Positions 61,001-64,000 of a stretch of 64,000 bases of DNA are shown here, piece by piece (position 1 is the first letter of the stretch; each line of letters starts with the position of its first letter). The translations under genes were made by a program, and so were the position numbers. This stretch comes from a virus (taxonomy: Duplodnaviria > Caudoviricetes): positions 1 through 64,000 of the IMG/VR virus record IMGVR_UViG_3300021255_003843. One strand, written 5' to 3'. Below the pieces are notes generated by a model. It did not search any database. It had not been told where the DNA came from and worked only from the letters and a program-made list of their open reading frames with translations.

Positions 61001-62410
61001 GCCGTGCATATTCTGAGCAATATACCTCTTGCCGCTCGGACCAATAGGCACAGCCTTGCCACTCAGCAACTCTTCAATAAAAGCCTGCTGTTTCGGATCA
61101 TTTCGATCATAACCATCAGCGCTGACAAAGATGACCTTGTCAGTAAAATCATTATGATGGCCTTCAAGGCCGAGCATTCTCGTGTTCTGCGATTCACTGA
61201 GCATGACGCGAGAACTTTTTCCGGTATTATTAAACAGATCGCCGACAGTGTATTTAGCAATCTCATATTGCTCAAGCATATGCTTTGTAGATCTACCGAG
61301 CTTCTCAAAACCTCTGCCAAGAGATCCCGCGTCAGACCAATCTTTGTCAGAACCAATGCCGTCAATGTCACTCATGATGCTAAGCAGACGGCCGGCAGAA
61401 GAAGAGGTCATGCGGCTTACAAGCTGGCGTGCCTCTTTGCTCGTCATATCTTCTAAGCCTTTGAAAATATCAACACGCTGGCTATCTCTGCCAGAAGCTC
61501 GCTTCACGAAAGACGTGAACAGGTTACGCCTGAAATCATCAAGCATCTGCGGAGTGATTTCTCTAATCAGAGACAGTTCACCATTGTCCTCAAGTTTCGT
61601 CATGCCTTTGACGCCGTAAGCAGCTCTCGCGGCTTCATCATTGTCTCTGATTAAATCTCTGAGCTGCGTTCGATTGTAGGCAGACAGGATGCGAGAACCA
61701 CTCGGCATTGCCATAGAAGTATAGCCTTTATTCTTATAACTCTCCCTGAAACTTGCAGGAAGCAGGTCTACAGGCTGAGCAGTGGTGTTATTATTCCTGA
61801 GAATATGCCCATACCTTGCGCGCTGATATTCTGCGGTGTTAAAAGCAGGAAGAACGTTCGGGATCAGAGCTTCAACATATTTCTGATAGACATCGCTGCG
61901 AGTAATGCCGCCATGTCCCTTAGACATAAAGAACTCTTCAAAGGGTTTACTCTTCACGAACTCTCCGGCGGCCGTCTTAGCTGTCAAGCCAGCTAAGCGT
62001 GACGCCTGAGCTTTCAGCATAGAGGACAACTCGCCGGTTTCAGCGCTCAACTGCTGTCTGATCGTTTGCGAAAATCCATCAACAATGGATTTCGCAAACG
62101 ACGCTCCGAAAGCACCGTCCTGCCCAAACAGAGAGCTCATAGTCCCAAGCTCTTTCAAACCACTCTGCACATCTTGTACAAAATCCTGGTCATCGGTTCT
62201 ATTATTTAAGCGCGCCTTCGAGATTTTTTCTTGCAGCATATCTACGATCGAACTTGCGCGCTCAAGGCCTTCGTTTAATGCGCCCGTCATACTCGGCGCG
62301 TCTTCAAACGAGGTGCGAAGTTCGTTAAACTCTTGCTTAAAGTTCCGTAGTTGGCCTACAGCTTTATCAAGGTCTAACACTTCTACACTCAAAGATAGTT
62401 TGTCAGACAA
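46049..62410 (-). CDS. Tape measure protein (5453 aa) with N-terminal two-barrel RNA polymerase-like domain
   Basis: AAAGGAGG RBS and TTG start; TP901-type core around aa 1970-2250; position before Dit; DGIG, FQGR..GKG, RSPSL, ADLDGD motifs at aa ~573-910. Confidence 0.88.
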   Translation of the reverse strand: MSDKLSLSVEVLDLDKAVGQLRNFKQEFNELRTSFEDAPSMTGALNEGLERASSIVDMLQEKISKARLNNRTDDQDFVQDVQSGLKELGTMSSLFGQDGAFGASFAKSIVDGFSQTIRQQLSAETGELSSMLKAQASRLAGLTAKTAAGEFVKSKPFEEFFMSKGHGGITRSDVYQKYVEALIPNVLPAFNTAEYQRARYGHILRNNNTTAQPVDLLPASFRESYKNKGYTSMAMPSGSRILSAYNRTQLRDLIRDNDEAARAAYGVKGMTKLEDNGELSLIREITPQMLDDFRRNLFTSFVKRASGRDSQRVDIFKGLEDMTSKEARQLVSRMTSSSAGRLLSIMSDIDGIGSDKDWSDAGSLGRGFEKLGRSTKHMLEQYEIAKYTVGDLFNNTGKSSRVMLSESQNTRMLGLEGHHNDFTDKVIFVSADGYDRNDPKQQAFIEELLSGKAVPIGPSGKRYIAQNMHGTGTHAGVRMIEQQAYEAVMKREQEWAQKHGFVTADGKGANFWNDFVDSAYEFKDIESLRKHFDATGKGWSNSWDTHGNFKNRNFAVVDLSQINDENVKQKLADGIGWFMDGILPEKDFQGRMGVAGKGTFHQISGYKTVGEWAKAAGLTDANGRFILPGVGGNIDLTDYHGFVDASTIKNMQAYSNFHTPEEISKGFTAMLQHYGMSSMSTYDDAETRAKGIGTQAMAFMNLSPKMRQQQIDEFDRRINLLSSEAGIREYLFADPDNYLGKQIRSGKLNVNSSAVQSWVQNEIESLTERMSSGEWIDFGTNPSVINQTINKSPLASILGLETINGLSRSDLLKRIRQQYQEKTGTALTISDEDLEGVFALNKGQLVDFARPDAKKVAVQRSPSLFGNFVVGKNYANLARDIYKVFGQTTSGLFASEADLATLGSADLDGDKAKTIYGDLAEAFAEVVAIQEKAIQDFEGSTEPIIKKVDMPAEAAKNVDNPLHRRLFFQTSQDVTNEMGAADASARRAAMFDIYAPENKDLLAAAIQSTPTYDQATAGLKHATSTEATPQMKKALYAGAQWSKLPSRFSRLFNVTGRDNMDVPSPEDIYTATVNGHEIPINMKELRDLGFDKINFRSIFNTTDVGTMRAVSQVASKGVNMERTYALLQALEHMGYGGAGETTQALMKNLRTMKAYDIANPMAPMSAEELDDMQAMIIASKREIEEEAYQKAQGGMIKMEDGSEVSFDSYVQKKMNEYGITAAQGFIERGINQPNISSVFRTDDPAKLLPELFLGQKGGLDFTFTGKDTVLQREAVEKKLQENQAELQRIEIETKQHEEQMNQIKSTLPQEDQARYSPDMTKEEAIEASKRIYAVDGDLAKAEAEAAQVARVYDEVDQLAAGSGIDMQAYRDITAQRQRILDENAQLGKAYTYIQAQEHANTLRSSVDSVKQQFLSGLLKKENELEGKSQAETYYGSRAANVGFVYRQLEDFIKNGEEFDQLPPAMKQEFKELVGGRKDLMQQMNQDFADTTELKAKRLYENLDKTNRKRANKVSALDVQFEEYNNQLQAVEDYRNELQKHLQDREKYPFSPAERKLYEERLAETDTYLAGAREETGKMKEADITNLLDKIKGTVIKDPFQQLKQGANEAKEVVSQLSERLEKVYKDQGMSDEEVAKKMEPYSVLTQQIDENTMFQQQHLKLQDRARVAQVLSTYMADVDKYDIDKEKSFLDFREEQARINRKKQKTGFITEDEAKIVNTTFEDYKRKYDEQNIDVSRYLEGVEAVRDKAQKNVDNARKIADRIRKSDLTQEQKDERLKPLERFNDDYVKREEAAYNERIRQRQKQAELRGEQEIMQAKRAEMQVEQMNRNWQSRTAIDPLSRTYLQRQNMYDQYRSQYNYNDMMVKRMEEQQLAAKNAIDNAATDEDRNLAQAQYDSATASLDHYREALESTKEAMKEFGDTAGNFKTIGNMLAAGLETAATAADKLLQSFGRKMIRQAFTEAKNFVVQFDSQMRGIQAITMKTDEQMQAVKKATVDRAIELKTSVANVASVESDLYRQGLNDQQVEDRTGAIIKFATVTGAKVTDAGKAITTAIQNGLVNSAEEAMDALTALGDSAATTANEIFKGMQKSAAAAKVAGVSYEELTSMLTIGISKTQMSGQVIGTAMQTIFSRMNRVTNQGYVNDETGASVSINDVEKALSGAGIQLRESGGKSFRNSFDVLRDLSKVWGSLNDIQRNNITYTMAGGRQTNVFQTLMEGMGEDGGAELDRLLGLAENSEGTTDSKYAIAVKSITAAMEELKATYDGLVSSMSSNQFFVSSVDMVTGFVGGLKDLTSVAGPVSTAAVVIGGALAALATKLLIVNAASNTFKGAAGLVSTLASVVAIAGVLGVAGAIGSARKNFVDQNDPTLKAQQQIKLADSYSKNRKEGLQPLQKQIDEVQKYGEAWEKAKGNMSASDQQAFIGSLNDLAGTLDGVKKGFESAEEAGKNWKIFVTQGQDHIDKLQRDIDEDTIDMKYAAYEAAYKPDKLRDAYNASQHSVEHKNVGTSLNEKYLVNWASGTLPSDIADATSAITFDYADIMPDSIYDIDLSSEKAYEEFYQKALFSMLGIDVNDPKLNDKFKIYLNTDDGVSFLKKLGNETRARFSENVFTSITHLNPEHQKEFLNSFRNYLIGSKGQGIQKLYTDAYQQQREEEVDTFIGQILGDTDSLTGGDEEARKYLKDQLLKDTAQVLPEDLPDALHESLQRYLNTYKAPQQFQDAAKKANNKYKYFYTDENGKQLFGFDDLDKAEEAYRNYKQSIIQKTSDIIELNYDDFDINRIKTSAGLNAYRNLDQFVNDYSLNDKEYTDVYKNVLSYAMQASSYQDMADMISNVEKQIPNLTGVMTNDAEFAKMIKDLKVGTGKYTLDQFRDYLQGKVLQSSLTDYTASILSGNMSYGQELAAYNAINAGTASADQYDLIAKQWGVNRTNFDANRGLYMTLENSRLNKAREESAHGFNVYMQDLLGGFVKSMDEEEWNKLRKENKGLDFTDRIMELYANSITDESTRQEFQQFTQAAKSAGYRTTIGQDKQFSTTYTGQGYVEENPLAANGNNFYTSRQLRSVASNIVNFDLNADEAKKKYGEYLNEIKSAYPELYEWINTTDAARKKELETEIKIKFKSEGIEEVLKAGTLIKDLVELADQFSRNGIQKHEAQTTFNTELETMRNQAIAGQFANRLASGTIAWANIPSQYQELIKAGSSTYAGKSDKDFFGNEAAAAREYVAYLNSSDYRQALVNTYGSAIHAGLMTQAQAEQLGLTNGKGFQENWFNSVNYNRPNAAFDINQASMATTEEQAQKLVLKAAAQLNSGNFNVQLTEDELAAITSVYGSDVANAITTLNSSKITADRNNALDILKTAWLRLQERSGQVSDGLTNMVIQALSEGHGSAQTTSREALRDKMVQNINDVYDRVVAYNTISQYLNNGTELDAIDENLFSLIGINKNDFINADVTHRNITMTGASTDLNARLLQAQNDAAYSYDYLGAQYGTPILDAAMNKLGLNARYSDYSGAYGLFDRKTLSDLSGLTYENRSLYNPYKAMQSENSQYELANKLYGLISSNQFATPQAFGKYIENNLTPTEQAIWQNNSGSGILSNVYTMSGLIGNREADEYQLAEAEYRKAYNTRNLNRLQALSRITSDQAGWITGLYGTDDEIKTATEGINNWVSTIQQMSDIQEKSYDFAEAQSFIESMKSFSGFDKEVTADNWDDLKLSVGEELIRQNQYLPAFISLLNAANSDVGSDVMSGLGLSFDENGNLVGKNGESLLQGLWYDNWKNLYNTSGVFSNASNRAMIKDVLDNNMSLQQAGEKYLGQLGQSSELLRYLQLIEKQNNGETVDQKELDDLKKKAQESFTDNPFVGYTPQMTTAKTLEEISKLMEAGDGAKDMFAGLEDGIQSQLKSFPGLFDYLATYGSDSEAAAKAAKTLADAIRNEVIGALEEEGKVLSGLSNQLTTIANGNIIDSISQMNQLGQQITNLDEVQQAYKRLTSGQGIQRPEDWNTIKNAFNIGDNVIAQYQSGERSLANDYGYAMEEVEKLRNTTVSTAVDQILVDQLGDAAYETKQPEGFLERIKVMLGMSKPGRTQKSTSDMITGMTDAQVAEVNQRLRASQLGEIVRGENGQWQMQYGGKADAQLTWAQQLARALDTRAALGQGDQSTDYQAMLNSFELSNGNLGDFRSYVDLVQRTNGYKTTAATDLLSNTDFLAAIERGDVDAIRAMLLNGAYGITAPNATRMTTSGVSEYITAALNGDKAKLEELRKNNPTMLDYLTNNVQGFNEAYSAVMSGQQLEKYQIDALKAGSAYQTVYERERNGELKAGSAELAQRLADIDRTKGPTREERRLISAEGSELQRTSQAAQIAQTMYDNQANLTETDWEYLQTKAQLTDEEIKEYKKTPEKLKDLAKDLKGDQQKIRDSLEAAIVGAFPELSSLSDLAKDGNQKIRELVEQLLDMSGLQLTEKDGQITGISEITDNRTAYEILTQGAAANVEPEKEAETYKNRLARLAMQSSDQESLIAAINSDAELLDYLKKDEGARMLGSGFDEIFYNSEHGWTYDQMRNALIQGTGYAPLYRDQLFNNNMEIARQQFGEGFGTSSSLNLNTEQLATVQSYIASHEDFAQWLSDIEGGADLLYAIGNATEDFTYDMTALNGEFSARKIEQYNKFNKASKDIASGVRALSGDIKDSNAYMKSFRQGINAIANNQYYREKYKKGDRSNDVLSAIAQGTGLDKKDLRKGGTPVQQAIKDWETEDKQAIDNYLNTAGTMLTEGLQGTFNEKLQNLGLDGSQIQLLVDKGQVTVDLSQLANEATGAAQAQIQEIMATLSRMGMQATGVVTSDGSNIKLQFQTTDLGKGRSGGGGGGGGGGKSAAQKLLERLKREQALLNHEIKMIQYQETKYENASEIGNQNRMIELENDAQKRLIATLEKHIETTKKQMARTKKNSDDWKSLYDSVLAYEEAIEEANIAIQENTKKIEENEQAILKLHTDLETEVDTEINNRIQRERDMLAGTVSMQDAIIEAIRARYRAEWALIEKDIEKKRAALEEEKNLIDERLQRRKDAEDEAEKYEELSEYKKQLALIEMDSTRTKDAAKLREQIAKIEKEIAWDVAEDEADYQKEQIDSQLQAYDDFVNYGGEDLEAWLEDANNLADEVNQVMQMSQEGMLDWLKANVEEYGLAMDAAQKQMIQGWIDTYEQMIGYTHTYWEEIADILSGKDLFLNYMMASQDYINASEDEQKQMLYDWGEMYDNWIAAQKRDAVYSHSDNGLSGIGTNGSSKKSGSGSGSGNNANTTTDADRINVQDNNGAYVDNSRALHYDTASSGTDKIGSTSKVAQTISATANKLADNVKKLFGFDSGGLVDFTGPAWVDGTKAKPEAFLSADDTALIRSFLDEAKVVRYRSTISNIDSNSFSGNSQNIGELVINITEAQFKDDADFDEVAQRVGQKFVKELSKQGFNTMSYSF

Positions 62411-62592
62411 TTCAAACTCCTCCTTTGTATTTTATTGACGTATACTTACCGATATGCTACAGTCCGCAGGAGTATATGTCTTATGGATTTATAGTTTTTT
62501 AAAATTTGGTAAAAAAATAAGGGACAGGTATGCCGTACAATTCGCAGAGCTGATATTAAAAGATTTATTTTACGGAAGCGATTGAGTTTATC

Positions 62593-62621
62593 TTGACATC
62601 CTCCCTGTGTTTGAGTACAAT
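62593..62621 (+). promoter_or_regulatory. Near-consensus sigmaA promoter
   Basis: TTGACA-17 nt-TACAAT. Confidence 0.8.
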
Positions 62622-62649
62622 AAACGTACTAAAAACAAGGAGGTCTCCT

Positions 62650-62982
62650 ATGAACTACAATGATGACCAGGCCGACATCATGAGTATGATCGATAATTTC
62701 AACGAAGAGGAATATTTTAAAACACATGACGTTCCTAAAGCTCAGGATGATCCTAAAGTAATTCTTGCAGAATTCCTTCAGAGATTAGAGTGGGTCTACG
62801 GCGCACGCTTAGGAATCACTGATCCTCGCAAGGCAAAACTCAATGTAGCTAAGCACTTGATGTCTGTAAACAAAAACCTCAGGCCTCACGTCTTATATCC
62901 TGAGTTCTTCAACGGCAACGATTATCCAATTCAATCTGCTTTTGATAAAGAAGCAAATAAAGATACAGAGTATCCGTTCTAA
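62650..62982 (+). CDS. Moron-like hypothetical protein, opposite to the tail operon
   Basis: AAGGAGGT RBS before ATG 62650; own promoter. Confidence 0.8.
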   Translation: MNYNDDQADIMSMIDNFNEEEYFKTHDVPKAQDDPKVILAEFLQRLEWVYGARLGITDPRKAKLNVAKHLMSVNKNLRPHVLYPEFFNGNDYPIQSAFDKEANKDTEYPF

Positions 62983-62991
62983 CGGATACTC

Positions 62992-63417
62992 TTATTCATC
63001 AGCCTTCTTTTTCGCAAAATTAATATTGGAAGGCAGCGTAGCCTTCACTTCAAGTTCCTTCTCCTTGACATCAAGCTCTTCTTCCTTCTCTTTAACCTTC
63101 TTGTCGCGTTCTAAATAATTAAGCAGATTCAACATCAACTGGTTCTCTTCCTGAGTGATTGCAGGATCGATAACTTCCTCAATCGTCTTGGCAACCCAGG
63201 CAGCAATAATGTTCATCTTGTTGTTCATGATGTTTCTTTTTTCAACTTCAAGCTTAATCGCTTCAATCAACTCTTCTTCACTGATCACTTCATCATGGTC
63301 GAGCAGCCCTGCAATACGCAACGCTTCCTTATATCGCGGTTCAAGAAAACACAATCCGTTGCCGGCATCGACGACAACAAGCTCAATAGCCTGATTGATA
63401 ATATCGTAATAATTCAT
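62992..63417 (-). CDS. Hypothetical protein
   Basis: AAAGGA RBS. Confidence 0.7.
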   Translation of the reverse strand: MNYYDIINQAIELVVVDAGNGLCFLEPRYKEALRIAGLLDHDEVISEEELIEAIKLEVEKRNIMNNKMNIIAAWVAKTIEEVIDPAITQEENQLMLNLLNYLERDKKVKEKEEELDVKEKELEVKATLPSNINFAKKKADE

Positions 63418-63510
63418 AATCAATTTCCTTTCTTCCTTTTCGATTCGAAATGTACGGGTATATTATAATATTATAATGTTCCCGTACATTTCGCTAAGGG
63501 ACAATTAAAC

Positions 63511-63546
63511 GTGTCGCCTCCGCGCATTCAAACGCGGAGGCGACAC
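63511..63546 (-). terminator. Stem-loop downstream of 63553-63789
   Basis: GTGTCGCCTCCGCG/CGCGGAGGCGACAC. Confidence 0.7.
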
Positions 63547-63552
63547 ATGTTT

Positions 63553-63789
63553 TTACATTTTGCCTTCGTAAATGGCAGTAACAATGTTACCTTCATCAGG
63601 ACGCGTCGCAGCATTATCCGCCAGCTTAGCCGCCACAAAAGGATTAGGCATATTCAATTCAGCCAACGCAATTGCTGCATTAAGGAATCGACCATACGAA
63701 GACTTCTTGTCTACGCCGCCTTTCAGATATTTAGCGTAATTGAAAACCATACGATCGTAATAATAGTATGCACTGTTCTGATTATCCAT
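63553..63789 (-). CDS. Hypothetical protein
   Basis: AAAGGAG RBS. Confidence 0.65.
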   Translation of the reverse strand: MDNQNSAYYYYDRMVFNYAKYLKGGVDKKSSYGRFLNAAIALAELNMPNPFVAAKLADNAATRPDEGNIVTAIYEGKM

Positions 63790-63881
63790 AATGAAAACTC
63801 CTTTATAAAAAATATAAAGCCGCCAAGCTTTATTGTGCCTCGTCTGTCGCAGACGTACGGTAGCTCAGTAATGCGTTTGCA

Positions 63882-64000
63882 TCACTGAGCCCAAGACAAA
63901 TCTCCAAGATCTTCTACCTTCGACATGACATTGGCCTTGCCAAGCATGTCTACGAAGCTCTGATTCATCTTCTGCGGCTTTGACATCGGGTTAGCTTCCT
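63882..64000 (-). CDS. C-terminus of a gene cut by the window edge
   Basis: Open frame ...EANPMSKPQKMNQSFVDMLGKANVMSKVEDLGDLSWAQ*. Confidence 0.4.
   Translation of the reverse strand, partial: EANPMSKPQKMNQSFVDMLGKANVMSKVEDLGDLSWAQ

Noticed and set aside
2745-62438. Numerous long antisense or alternate-frame ORFs
   Set aside because: Shadows of well-supported genes, with no RBS or recognisable motifs.
1-64000. Stop-codon reassignment, suggested by rare TAG stops
   Set aside because: Genes are full length and tightly packed under code 11, and no suppressor tRNA is seen.

Overview
The whole window reads as part of a large temperate siphophage of an anaerobic Firmicute, probably a Clostridia-type host (inferred from class III RNR, ThyX and sigmaA-type promoters). 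It appears to be in the excised state, because an intact attP with a tRNA-Ala-like core has phage genes on both sides. 1-24.4 kb (+ strand) holds replication, nucleotide-metabolism and accessory genes: DnaE C-terminus, RemA-like protein, thyX, nrdH/D/G, RuvC-like resolvase, phoH, clpP-like protease, RNA ligase, three tRNAs, a lysozyme-type hydrolase, dUTPase, a four-gene NAD+ salvage operon (pncA-nadE-nadD-pncB) and a HAD phosphatase. 24.4-26.5 kb holds a type I toxin-like peptide, a tyrosine integrase and attP. 26.5-64 kb (- strand) holds holins, tail fibres, an amidase, Tal, Dit and a 5453-aa tape measure protein. Best leads: (1) a two-barrel RNA polymerase motif set inside the tape measure protein; (2) a ~460-nt structured RNA with 7-nt periodicity directly after a coiled-coil gene; (3) a deamidating NAD+ rebuilding pathway distinct from NARP1/NARP2; (4) G-U-supported pairing between the int leader and the far side of attP; (5) six small genes sharing a C-terminal xxLL tag. 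All family calls come from motif recognition by eye; no searches were run.
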